Source: an uncultured Bacteroidales bacterium (GTDB taxonomy: Bacteria; Bacteroidota; Bacteroidia; Bacteroidales; JAGOPY01). Taken from it: a stretch of 64,000 nucleotides of DNA. The stretch covers positions 87,648-151,647 of the forward strand of contig CAWGKX010000006.1 of NCBI GenBank assembly GCA_963823285.1, in the 5' to 3' direction. Below the pieces are notes generated by a model. It did no database searches. It was given only the letters and a program-made list of their open reading frames with translations, and was not told the origin of the DNA. Shown here piece after piece: positions 36,030-45,426 of this stretch. Positions within the stretch are counted from its first letter, which is position 1. The number at the start of each line of letters is the position of its first letter. Made by a program: the position numbers and the translations under genes.

Positions 36030-39000
36030 CTTGGTCCAGTCGGCCGTGGTGGTTCCGTTACAGGCTGTATAACGGTACCTCCAGACAATTGATCCGTTGC
36101 ATGTCACCGGGTTGGGAGTTTGTTCCTTGCCAATTAAGGTTGCCGAGACGGTACGTCCGCAGGCATCGGTAATGTTGGCAGGAGCGCCCGGATCGGTTGC
36201 ATTGGACGGGCAGGAAACAGTGGCGGTGGTGTTAGCCGGCGGGGTCAGTCCGCCGGAGTAGATAACCGTGTAGGTCTTGGTCCAGTCGGCCGTTGTGGTT
36301 CCGTTACAGGCGGTATAACGGTATCTCCATACGATCGATCCATTGCAGGTCACCGGGTTCGGTGTTTGTTCTTTACCAATTAAGGTTGCCGAGACGGTAC
36401 GTCCGCAGGCATCGGTAATGTTGGCAGGAGCGCCCGGATCGGTTGCATTGGACGGGCAGGAAACAGTGGCGGTGGTGTTAACAGGAGGAGTAAGTCCGCC
36501 GGAGTAAATAACCGTGTAGGTCTTGGTCCAGTCGGCCGTTGTGGTTCCGTTACAGGCAGTATAACGGTATCTCCAGACGATAGATCCGTTACAGGTCACC
36601 GGGTTGGGTGTTTGTTCCTTGCCGACTAAGGTTGCCGAGACGGTACGTCCGCAGGCATCGGTAATGTTGGCAGGAGCGCCCGGATCGGTTGCATTGGACG
36701 GGCAGGAAACAGTGGCGGTGGTGTTGACCGGAGGTGTAAGTCCACCAGAGTAGATAACCGTGTAGGTCTTGGTCCAGTCGGCCGTTGTGGTTCCGTCACA
36801 GGAAGTATAACGGTATCTCCAGACAATCGATCCGTTGCATGTCACCGGGTTGGGTGTTTGTTCCTTGCCAATTAAGGTTGCCGAGACGGTACGTCCGCAG
36901 GCATCGGTAATGTTGGCAGGAGCGCCCGGGTCGGTTGCATTGGACGGGCAGGAAACAGTGGCGGTAGCGTTAGCCGGCGGGGTCAATGCGCCGGAGTAAA
37001 TAACCGTGTAGGTGTAAGTCCAGACATACTCGAGGTTGGCACAATCCTTATACGTGTAGGTATATGTTCTGGAACCACTGCAGGTCAGTGGGTCCGGACT
37101 ATCAACGATCACTGGTGTAGGAGCCGGGAGAATATTTCCGCAAACATCTTTGACCACGGGAAGTGCCGGTGCAGCCGTCAGGCACTCAACGGTGCTGGAA
37201 GTTGCAACTGGTCCGCCAAACTGAGTTGGAGCCGTAGTATGCATAATTGTAATTGTCTGAGTACAGGTTTGCTGGTGAAGGCAAGTATCCTTTATTCCAT
37301 AAGTACGGGTTATGACTTCAGGACATGTATTACCGTCTGAATCGTCACTTATCCAGGCAAATGAGGATATCAGGATGCCGCTTAAATCATCCGATGCTGA
37401 ACCACCGGCAGCGACAAAGGCAGCATAGTCCGGATAAACATCTGGAACTGTGCATTGGGCCGTTAGTGGGCCAGGGCAGTTCATAACTGGTGGCGCATTG
37501 TCAGGGTAGAAAGTTTCTCCTTTAACAGAACTATATCCACATTCATTTTGTGCCCTGACTCTAACATTAAATGAAGTGACATTGTTGGGAACTGATAATA
37601 TGATTTTTCTGAGGAATTGGCCGGTTCCGCTCTGCTGCGTTCCAAGAACAACCGGGCTGTCCCATTCCCAAAAATAATTTTGCGCACCGAGTACTACTGA
37701 AGCTTCAATAAGGACATCTGTGTTCCCGGATATTAAACTGTCCGGAAAACAGATTCCATTGGGCATTGTTATATCCGCCGGCGGATCGGGAGGAAGAGTC
37801 GTGGTTTGAAATAGGGGAGAAGTCCAGATATTAGTTCCACAAGCATTTACTGTGGTTATTGATACGGTAATAGGTGTGCTTCCTATGAATAACCGGACAA
37901 ATCTTGTTCCCTGGCCTGAAATTATTTGCCAGCCGTCCGAAACTACCCAATTATATGAAATGGCCCCCTGTACATCATTCACGCTGAAGTCAGCAATCGA
38001 ACCGATGCAGGCAGGGTTAGGACCTGTAATTTCAATTGGTGGACCCGGAGGGCCAATAGAGTACAGTATAAATTTATCAGAATTTATGATTACATCACAA
38101 TCAACAGTTGAAATTTTAACAAGAGTAATAGTTGTACTATCGGTAATAGGTATGGTTTTGGTATCCGAAATATTTGGGCTGTTCACAATTTGCGACTGCT
38201 CAGTCCCTCCGTTAATCTTGTAATAATAAGTCCAGGGAAAAATATTCCCCAGGTAATTAACTGTAAATGTAATGTTGACAGGTGTATGTTCTGGAGTGCC
38301 GCAAACATCGGGCGTTACCGTGAGCGATCCGGTTGGAAGGACTATCGAATTGCCGTTAAAACTATCAGATGCAACATAGCAGTTTGTATTATTTAAATTT
38401 TCTTCACTGGCAGCAGAAACTAACCTGAAAATTTTATTTCCTATCGAACCAATAGCAAGATCTATATAAGCATTAGCAAAATCAGGTATAGGGCTTCCTA
38501 TATTCACCCAGTTTGATGTGTTAATATCGGCTTCCTGCCACTGAAAAACATAAGGAATATCAGGAGGGATGCTCCCGGAAGTAATCGTGCCTTGAAGCCT
38601 GATTAGTCCGGTTGTGCAATAATCAGTGGAAATTCTCTCATACCCGATCGTAAACGGAATAAATGGCCGGAATGTGATATCATCAATAGCTAAGTCGTTG
38701 CCACACCCGCCATCTCCATTATTTCTTAATATGATAAATATGCTATCCTGATTTTGAGGCACGATGAAGATTATAGAAGTTGAATTCCAGGTTAGAGTTG
38801 TTGTTGCATTTACAACACCTGTATTAGTTTGCGCGAGTAATTTAGCGCCGTTACATGCAGTCCCGCCAACTGGTAAAAGAGAATTGGCTTCATCATCACC
38901 CGGGTTTTTATCCCATATTTCATAACGGATATTAATTGGAAGACCGCTGCCTCCGCATGCGGTCGGCTTAAGTACATTAGCATAATATGATTTGTATTCA

Positions 39001-39806
39001 AACTGGGATCCGTAACACAATCCGGTAATGGTACGCTTATAAAACAAGCCTTTTCTCAAGGTCGCATTAACTACCAGCATCATTCCGTTCACATCTCCCG
39101 CAGTATGATCAGGACCGTCATGCCAGGCTATGTCAGAACCATCACCTCCGTTTGGACTATGAACATATCTTGGATTAGTCGAAAGCGCATAACCACCATC
39201 ATCCATTTGACTCGACCATGAAGTGCAAGGTACTGATGTTCTTAGCCTGTATCTTTCCCAATGACCAATTTTCCATGTTCCACATACATTGTACCATCTG
39301 ACAAGTGTACCGGAGCAGCTTCCAGGGTTCGGACCGGTCCAGGTAGTTCCGGTTAAACACCATGTATAAGCGGGATTATTTAAGTAAGTGCCGGTATAAG
39401 GCGTACCGGTTAACACTGATACCGGAAAAAAAACCCATTCAGTAACACCTTGTTCATTGGCAGGAAGTGTAAGTGCATGAGACACCTCTAATGTCGGTGG
39501 AACGCTGGTTATCCAGCCAGATCCCGAACATGTCCTGGGCCAAAACCAGAATATATTTCCAATGGTACCTCTACCGCCAATTTCTCCACGATATTGATTA
39601 ACATCCTGTCCGGCAGGAACCGTTCCAAAGTCCTCTGTGAAAAGAGGGGGTCCGTATGTTTGAGCCTGAACCTGGTAGATACCTGTCAGGCTATAAAAAA
39701 TCAGTGTCAGCACCAATATATTCATTGCCGCTGACCTCCTGATAATAGAATTCAGATACTTTACCTTGATTGGACTTGACTTAAGGCTGAGTTGATTTCT
39801 TTTCAT
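34737..39806 (-). CDS. Giant secreted adhesin-like paralog (about 1689 aa): different head, 5 x 82-aa repeats, same C-terminal module
   Basis: The ORF track gives 34737..39890. I prefer Met29 (ATG at 39804-39806), giving MKRNQLSLKSS...MNILVLTLIFYSLTGIYQVQAQ. The C-terminal 430 aa are nearly identical to those of the 3879-aa protein. Confidence 0.9.
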   Translation of the reverse strand: MKRNQLSLKSSPIKVKYLNSIIRRSAAMNILVLTLIFYSLTGIYQVQAQTYGPPLFTEDFGTVPAGQDVNQYRGEIGGRGTIGNIFWFWPRTCSGSGWITSVPPTLEVSHALTLPANEQGVTEWVFFPVSVLTGTPYTGTYLNNPAYTWCLTGTTWTGPNPGSCSGTLVRWYNVCGTWKIGHWERYRLRTSVPCTSWSSQMDDGGYALSTNPRYVHSPNGGDGSDIAWHDGPDHTAGDVNGMMLVVNATLRKGLFYKRTITGLCYGSQFEYKSYYANVLKPTACGGSGLPINIRYEIWDKNPGDDEANSLLPVGGTACNGAKLLAQTNTGVVNATTTLTWNSTSIIFIVPQNQDSIFIILRNNGDGGCGNDLAIDDITFRPFIPFTIGYERISTDYCTTGLIRLQGTITSGSIPPDIPYVFQWQEADINTSNWVNIGSPIPDFANAYIDLAIGSIGNKIFRLVSAASEENLNNTNCYVASDSFNGNSIVLPTGSLTVTPDVCGTPEHTPVNITFTVNYLGNIFPWTYYYKINGGTEQSQIVNSPNISDTKTIPITDSTTITLVKISTVDCDVIINSDKFILYSIGPPGPPIEITGPNPACIGSIADFSVNDVQGAISYNWVVSDGWQIISGQGTRFVRLFIGSTPITVSITTVNACGTNIWTSPLFQTTTLPPDPPADITMPNGICFPDSLISGNTDVLIEASVVLGAQNYFWEWDSPVVLGTQQSGTGQFLRKIILSVPNNVTSFNVRVRAQNECGYSSVKGETFYPDNAPPVMNCPGPLTAQCTVPDVYPDYAAFVAAGGSASDDLSGILISSFAWISDDSDGNTCPEVITRTYGIKDTCLHQQTCTQTITIMHTTAPTQFGGPVATSSTVECLTAAPALPVVKDVCGNILPAPTPVIVDSPDPLTCSGSRTYTYTYKDCANLEYVWTYTYTVIYSGALTPPANATATVSCPSNATDPGAPANITDACGRTVSATLIGKEQTPNPVTCNGSIVWRYRYTSCDGTTTADWTKTYTVIYSGGLTPPVNTTATVSCPSNATDPGAPANITDACGRTVSATLVGKEQTPNPVTCNGSIVWRYRYTACNGTTTADWTKTYTVIYSGGLTPPVNTTATVSCPSNATDPGAPANITDACGRTVSATLIGKEQTPNPVTCNGSIVWRYRYTACNGTTTADWTKTYTVIYSGGLTPPANTTATVSCPSNATDPGAPANITDACGRTVSATLIGKEQTPNPVTCNGSIVWRYRYTACNGTTTADWTKTYTVIYSSGLTPPANGLSTVSCSVDAVNPGAPANITDACGRTASPVLVGSQITPNPIICEGQVVWTYRYTACDGTTTADWTYTYTVSDNEPPTLNCPDSLSVICTAPDPYANYAAFVAAGGSASDNCGIDEGSFIWVSDVPSGNTIIRTYEIEDNCGNPVTCQQIITISDLFVKTWVYLDGAAINPGGTQTYTVPMRTSLNNLKILPGQTYFSVFSGNVYTPPGQPYSGAPWNYNGTEGVGYDSHGNPNPGTANYPATVVDWVLVSLRSAPEGGNLCRKAALLHNDGHVEFVDGGFDCCSLNFDSSYYLVIEHRNHLIVMSADPVPIANDTLTFDFRNVQSYIDVITGLGYGQKEILPGIFAMYAGNGQQVIPASSVIDINFDDRTYWEGQNGTTGRYRTGDYNLNGDCNYNDRTTWEFNNGKFSSVPKN
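35784..37013 (-). repeat. Coding tandem array: 5 units of 246 bp (82 aa)
   Basis: This is the same unit as in 22873..29022. There are 4 canonical units (36030-37013) and the same divergent terminal unit (35784-36029). Confidence 0.9.
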
Positions 39807-40187
39807 GATTTTGGCATTTGGGTTTTTAAAAAACGATTTTTGTCTACGGCAGATAGAAGGGATAGGGAGGTTAGCCGAGAAATAAAACAATATATTCTAA
39901 GGAGGAGATAATGACCAGCTTATTATAAGAATAAATTTTAAAAAAATAAAATTCCTGAATCGAATCATATTGATATTCAACAATTTGGGTTTAATCGACT
40001 TGGCTATGATTGCTTTACACAGCAATAACAATGTAAATATAGAATATTATTATTTAAAAAACAAATTAAAATGGCAAAATTTATTAAAGGGAATGCAATT
40101 TTATTTGCCATTAAGGATAATATGGTGATAATTCGGGGTACAATAAAAATGTAACCCAGGTGCTGGAGATATCCAATTTAAGATTTC

Positions 40188-40223
40188 ATAAAAAATCCCC
40201 TTTCAATTAATAATGAAAGGGGA
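40188..40223 (-). terminator. Rho-independent terminator after the 77-aa gene
   Basis: A 10-bp stem pairs tcccctttca (40196-40205) with tgaaagggga (40214-40223), with the 8-nt loop attaataa. On the minus strand it is followed by UUUUUUAU. Confidence 0.75.
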
Positions 40224-40287
40224 TTCACGGTTAAATAAAACGGGGATATTGTCAGATAACCTGATTTATCAACCAGTACAAAATCTA

Positions 40288-40521
40288 TTATTCTACCAGT
40301 TTCTTCCTCGCATTGTAAATTTTCTTACTGCCATAGCCTGCAGCAAGGGAAAGCAGGATTATCAAACCGCTTCCAATGGGAGCATAACCTCCGACGGGAG
40401 TATTACCCCCGCCGATTGACGGGTCGCCGCCCGGCATAGGTTGCGCCATTAAACTGTTCAATGCCACTGTCAGGGTGATGAAGAAAACCGTCAGGAGAAC
40501 TATTTTTATCGCTTTTTTCAT
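40288..40521 (-). CDS. 77-aa mini-protein: signal peptide, Gly/Pro-rich linker, C-terminal TM plus basic tail
   Basis: The sequence is MKKAIKIVLLTVFFITLTVALNSLMAQ-PMPGGDPSIGGGNTPVGGYAPIGSG-LIILLSLAAGYG-SKKIYNARKKLVE. It is the last gene before a terminator in the cohesin operon. Confidence 0.55.
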   Translation of the reverse strand: MKKAIKIVLLTVFFITLTVALNSLMAQPMPGGDPSIGGGNTPVGGYAPIGSGLIILLSLAAGYGSKKIYNARKKLVE

Positions 40522-40578
40522 AGCTTTTATTTTTATCGTTTACAAATGTACTAATTATCTTAAGCTTTTCGCGTCAAG

Positions 40579-43041
40579 TTATTTAACGAATATTTTCTTC
40601 GTCACCGCGGTATTATCGGAAATGACTTTCACAATATAAACGGCATTTCCTACCGGCACGGAAATAACATTCATGCCATTGGTTGCATCTGTGCGGCTGA
40701 TTTCCTGTCCAAGTATATTGTAGATCACTATCTTACCTCTCACTCCCTGGAAGTCCACATAAACATTGAGATTAACTGCGTAAATGCTGTTAACTTCCGA
40801 TGCCGGGTTGTCGCCGATACCCTGATATTCGGTAAAATGCACTCTGAAACGTTCAGCGGTGCCTTCTGCGGCGGTAAAGGTATAGCTTGTCGTTTCACGC
40901 AGGTTGATTTTTTGACCGGTCAGCAAGTCTTCAAGATAAATCGGCGTCGAAGCATCGAAGCTCTCAATATTTGACGCGGTGAGGGTATATTCACCCGCAA
41001 TCGGTGCATTCACACCCAGGATTACCACAGGGGTCTCCGTAATATTATTGAAAGTGTTGATGGCCATTTTGTCATTTGCCAGAATAGTATAAGCCTGCGC
41101 AGCCGAATCAGCCATAAGTTTGGGGGCATCATATTCATAATCGAGCCCGCTGGAAGCGTTTTCATTGAAATAAATTACCGTTTCATCATTGACTTCGCCA
41201 TTAGATACTGTCAGGCTCAAGCGATTCAGCATATTTTCCTCAGTTTTATAGAAAACCTGAGTACTATGGGTACGGACAGCATTGCTGACACCAAGTGTTC
41301 CGGCGGTTGAAGCGTTAACAAAAAAGCCATGTGCGGCGGGAATATATTGTGTTACCCCGTTTGTACCGCCGGACCCGACAGTATAGGTACCATTTGTACT
41401 TCCGTTCCAAACTGTATAGGCATTGGTGGTAAGACCAGTCTTTGTCCAGCCGGTAGTAGCTGCCCAGTCAACTGCTGACGGGTAAGGGTTTCCTACAAAA
41501 TTCCAGCCGTCTCCGGTTTTTGTGAGAGCTATGCTGTTGTTGCCAGTATTAAGTACGCCGTTATATGAAGTGGTTGTGTCTCCAACCGGAACCCAACCCT
41601 GGTGCCATGGATTGATGCTTGAGGTCCATTCGGCATACCCTTTCATCAGGACTAAAGGCGTTGTTTCAACTGAGATAAATGTGTTCCAGCCACTGGCCGC
41701 TTCATTGTAAGTATATAACCATGTATGCAGGAATACGTTTGCTGTGGCTGAAGTGACCGGTTGGCTGACATACCACCAGCGGTCGGCCAGGAGGAAACGC
41801 TTAACGGTTGCATTTCCGGTAACGGTACCATAGGTAATCAGTGATCCGTCACCACCTGATTGCTGGGAATCAATAATAAGGCCGCCTGAGCCGGAAATTG
41901 CAAGATCATGGGCATAACCGTTATCGCCGTTGATGATCGTGGGTGTGCCTGCAGTGATAGACACATTGTGTCCTGCATCAGGAATGAATCCTTGTGTCCA
42001 GCTTGCCCGGGCGTGCCAGTCCGAAGAACTGCCTCCCCAGGTAAGCGTTGAATGATGGCTCCCAGGTGTCATATCCACAGCCATCGCGGGGCTGATCACC
42101 CATTCCGAAGTTGTAAGCGTTGTGTTTGGACTGGTGATATTATAATGACGGACAGCATGCTTTCCTGTGTAATCAAACCCGGAAGTCGTGCCGTTGTATA
42201 CATCTATGGAAGTTCCCGTAGTATAATCGCCGTATGTTGTAAGCAGGTAATTCGTTGACCCGCCCGTACCGACAAGCGCAGAAACCACCGTGGGCGTAAA
42301 ATCAACATTGTCGACAGCGACCGTATACTTTGCGCCGGCTGCAAAACTTCCTGTCAGTTGAAGGCTTGAACTGCCGTTAAAATTTAAATACCAGGCATAA
42401 CTGCTATCTGCAAAACTAACTGCTGTTGCACCTGCATTGTAAATTTCAATAAAATTGGTAGTGGTATTGGACGGATCCCCGATTTCGGAAAACAGCAATG
42501 CGAGATTAGGGTTTAGCGGCAGGTACGTTAATTTATTTGCAGCATTAACAGGTGCATATAGATTCGGAGTACCACCGGAAGCTGCTGTAAACCAAACTTG
42601 GCCGGTTCCCATCATGGAAATTTGAAAATTAATACCGGCATTGCCGCCATTATTTACAATAGGAATAGAAATAGTCAATATTTTAGAATAGGTTGTCAAT
42701 ACGTTTGAACGGTTAGAGAAAGAAAAATTGTTCGCAGTAATATACAACCTGCTTGTAGTATTATTTGAAACATTCACAGTATAAAATGGCGTAAGCAAAC
42801 CTCCTTGGGTTACGGTAGCAGTCCCGGCAATATTTGTTCCAAATCCTGCTGTGCTGTAATTGATATAGAGCTCTAAAGCGCCAAGCCAGGTCGAGCTAAC
42901 ATCTGATTTCATTTCAATATCAAAGACCAGGTTACCGCCCGAGATCTTCATATTTGTATATTTAAAGGTTACAGAGGCAGCAAAAACATTAAAAGTTGCC
43001 AGGAATGATAGGCTAAGAAGAAGTATTTTTATTTTTTTCAT
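40579..43041 (-). CDS. Secreted protein: weak N-terminal cohesin-like module, lamin-tail-like domain, T9SS type-A C-terminal sorting domain
   Basis: The 820-aa ORF has the signal peptide MKKIKILLLSLSFLATFNVFAA. The segment LLFSEIGDPSNTTTNFIEIYNAGATAVSF is LTD-like. The C-terminus ...IVIYNILGQEISRTDATNGMNVISVPVGNAVYIVKVISDNTAVTKKIFVK is a typical Por secretion tail. Confidence 0.7.
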   Translation of the reverse strand: MKKIKILLLSLSFLATFNVFAASVTFKYTNMKISGGNLVFDIEMKSDVSSTWLGALELYINYSTAGFGTNIAGTATVTQGGLLTPFYTVNVSNNTTSRLYITANNFSFSNRSNVLTTYSKILTISIPIVNNGGNAGINFQISMMGTGQVWFTAASGGTPNLYAPVNAANKLTYLPLNPNLALLFSEIGDPSNTTTNFIEIYNAGATAVSFADSSYAWYLNFNGSSSLQLTGSFAAGAKYTVAVDNVDFTPTVVSALVGTGGSTNYLLTTYGDYTTGTSIDVYNGTTSGFDYTGKHAVRHYNITSPNTTLTTSEWVISPAMAVDMTPGSHHSTLTWGGSSSDWHARASWTQGFIPDAGHNVSITAGTPTIINGDNGYAHDLAISGSGGLIIDSQQSGGDGSLITYGTVTGNATVKRFLLADRWWYVSQPVTSATANVFLHTWLYTYNEAASGWNTFISVETTPLVLMKGYAEWTSSINPWHQGWVPVGDTTTSYNGVLNTGNNSIALTKTGDGWNFVGNPYPSAVDWAATTGWTKTGLTTNAYTVWNGSTNGTYTVGSGGTNGVTQYIPAAHGFFVNASTAGTLGVSNAVRTHSTQVFYKTEENMLNRLSLTVSNGEVNDETVIYFNENASSGLDYEYDAPKLMADSAAQAYTILANDKMAINTFNNITETPVVILGVNAPIAGEYTLTASNIESFDASTPIYLEDLLTGQKINLRETTSYTFTAAEGTAERFRVHFTEYQGIGDNPASEVNSIYAVNLNVYVDFQGVRGKIVIYNILGQEISRTDATNGMNVISVPVGNAVYIVKVISDNTAVTKKIFVK

Positions 43042-43109
43042 AGCTTTTTTATTTATAATTATATTGATTAATTCGAATATCTGTTAAAGGTAATATTATT
43101 TTTTAATGC

Positions 43110-45380
43110 TTAAGGTACCTGTGTTCCACTTCCGACATTGGGTAGCCACATGAAGTACAAGTCAAAATTCGAGACCTGGCCGTCTAAATTATAGTCTCCC
43201 GCATTATACCCCGCAAAACCAACTTCGGGCAGCCAGACAAAATAGAGGTCAAAATTTGAAACCTGGCCATCTGCATTTCCATCGGCAGCATACATGCCAA
43301 AGCCTCCGGACAGAACTTTTTGCCCGTTAAGGTAGGCCTGGCTCTGGGCCGTCGTGAAATCATAAGTGTATATTCCACCGACCGTTGGAACAGGTGTGGC
43401 TGACATCATGCTCAGGTGGTTGCGATGGTAGACTACTACATAAACATCTTTGGTGAATACCATCGGGAACAATACATAACTCGATCCATCCATCCCGACG
43501 ATCGAACCATTGTCCAGGATGAAAGCAGCCTTTTCTGCAACGATTGAATCGGCAGTGGCACTGCTTGCCGGACCTGTAGTTTCACGAACCTGTAAGATGA
43601 CCCAGTCAACGACATTAGTATTTGGAATCGAGCTGACATTTTCCGATCCTGTGTAGGTCCATGGCGCTCCGCTATAAGGTTGTGCTAATGGAAGAAACCC
43701 TGATGCATCTAATGTGGTATTCATCGTGGTCCCATTGAACGGACCTTCCAGGATAGCTTTGATGTTGAAGAGCGTGCCGGTGATCACTGCACCGTCAATA
43801 AAAGTAACGGGTATGATTGAAAGGTCGGTTTGTGCGAATTCACAGCCGGCATCAAAAGTAAGGTCACTCTCGCCGCCATTATACATGAAATGCATGGTGA
43901 GCAAAATGTCATCATCATTAATTGTAAGACCGTTAAAATCGCTCCACTGGATACCTATGTGGGAATTGCCCATATCATTGATAAAATAGCCTGTCAATGT
44001 ACCGGGAGTACTACCCGTAAATGTTAAAACTTCATCATTATATCCGATGAACATGGAGATGGCGCCGGGGTCCATAAGGCCAAAATTCTTGCCGCTGATC
44101 GGGAAATCTATCGTTTGTCCGACTGTTCCGGTTTTTGTAGGCATGCTGATTTCAGGTCCTGCAGGCAGGGGAGCTATGCTTCCGTCATTATATGTAACCG
44201 GGAAAAGGACAAGGGCAATGTCGGTCATTTCGCATCCGCCTTCAAACGTGATCGGGCTTGCGCCGAAATGATAATTAAAGTTGAGAGTAAGAAGTGTCCC
44301 ATCGATAAGCGCCCCGCCGGGGTTAGACCAGGTTATCCCAATCAGTCCGTCCCCCATCAGGTTTGCAGAAGCGCCACTGATTGAACCGCCCGTTATTCCC
44401 GTAAAAGTGAGATGAGCCGGGTTGAAACCGATATGCAGGGTAATCGCTCCCATCATATTGGGATCAAAACCGGCTGCTGTAATGGGAATTCCAATCGAAT
44501 TGCCAGGAGTTTCAACTGCATCGCTTATTGTCAACTGGTAAGCTGTGGACAGGGGCTCAACTTTTCCGTTATTAAAAGAAACAACAGGGTTGGTAAGGTC
44601 TGTGTAAGCAATTTCACAACCAGCCGTAAAGACAAAATCTGAAGCTTTGGTACCATCATAATTAAAATTCAGCGTAAGGAACGTTGTATTAAGATCTCCA
44701 CCGTTCGGGTCTGAATATGCAACATTGATCTTGCCTGAAGTATTATCTCCGCTGATAAGCAGTCCGGTCAAAGTAGTTGAATAGCCTGTAAATTGAAGTA
44801 CCGATGCATCAAAATCGATATACAACGAGACAGCTCCGGCATCTTCCGTAAAGCCGGCTCCAGTAACACCAACAGAAATGGGCCCGGCGGTAGCAAGCAA
44901 ATCATCGATTGTGATGCTTGCTATGCCTGCGTTTGGGCCAATACTCCCATTAGTATAGATAACCGGAATGGGATTCAGTGCATTGTCTGTGAATTCACAG
45001 CCAGGGTCGAAAGTCAGGTTGCACATGCCCCCGAGAGTGCTGTACTGAAAAGTCAGCGTCAGTAATGTGCCATTAATATCCGCACCGCCGGGATCAGTCC
45101 ATTGAATGCCGACCTGGTGGCTTGCGCCCATATTATTGATGATATATCCGGCAAATCCCGGATTTGTGGATGATGACCCTGTGAATGTCAAGACATTCGG
45201 ATCATACCCTATAAAAAGCGATACTGCGCCGACATTTGTCGGCAGTCCTGCGACATCAATATCGAAAGATACAGATTCGCCGGGATTTGCTGTGAGTGAT
45301 TCAATTTGAGCTGTTTGTGCTTTCAAATTAAATGACCAAGCCAGAAGTACAGTTAGTAAAAGGTAAATTTTCCTATTCAT
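43110..45380 (-). CDS. Scaffoldin-like protein: 4 cohesin-like modules, conserved module and tandem dockerin repeats
   Basis: The 756-aa ORF has the signal peptide MNRKIYLLLTVLLAWSFNLKAQ. Four modules of roughly 125 aa carry the landmarks LFIGYDPNVLTFTG, LYIDFDASVLQFTG, LHIGFNPAHLTFTG and MFIGYNDEVLTFTG. The C-terminus has two Ca-loop-like segments, DGNADGQVSNFD and DYNLDGQVSNFD. Confidence 0.75.
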   Translation of the reverse strand: MNRKIYLLLTVLLAWSFNLKAQTAQIESLTANPGESVSFDIDVAGLPTNVGAVSLFIGYDPNVLTFTGSSSTNPGFAGYIINNMGASHQVGIQWTDPGGADINGTLLTLTFQYSTLGGMCNLTFDPGCEFTDNALNPIPVIYTNGSIGPNAGIASITIDDLLATAGPISVGVTGAGFTEDAGAVSLYIDFDASVLQFTGYSTTLTGLLISGDNTSGKINVAYSDPNGGDLNTTFLTLNFNYDGTKASDFVFTAGCEIAYTDLTNPVVSFNNGKVEPLSTAYQLTISDAVETPGNSIGIPITAAGFDPNMMGAITLHIGFNPAHLTFTGITGGSISGASANLMGDGLIGITWSNPGGALIDGTLLTLNFNYHFGASPITFEGGCEMTDIALVLFPVTYNDGSIAPLPAGPEISMPTKTGTVGQTIDFPISGKNFGLMDPGAISMFIGYNDEVLTFTGSTPGTLTGYFINDMGNSHIGIQWSDFNGLTINDDDILLTMHFMYNGGESDLTFDAGCEFAQTDLSIIPVTFIDGAVITGTLFNIKAILEGPFNGTTMNTTLDASGFLPLAQPYSGAPWTYTGSENVSSIPNTNVVDWVILQVRETTGPASSATADSIVAEKAAFILDNGSIVGMDGSSYVLFPMVFTKDVYVVVYHRNHLSMMSATPVPTVGGIYTYDFTTAQSQAYLNGQKVLSGGFGMYAADGNADGQVSNFDLYFVWLPEVGFAGYNAGDYNLDGQVSNFDLYFMWLPNVGSGTQVP

Positions 45381-45426
45381 ATCATTAAATTTTAATTATT
45401 TGCATATATCATTAGTTTATATTATA

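Noticed and set aside
40213-40419. A 68-aa plus-strand ORF overlapping the 77-aa gene
   Set aside because: It is antisense to an ORF with a clear signal peptide/TM architecture and terminator context. It also spans the terminator hairpin.
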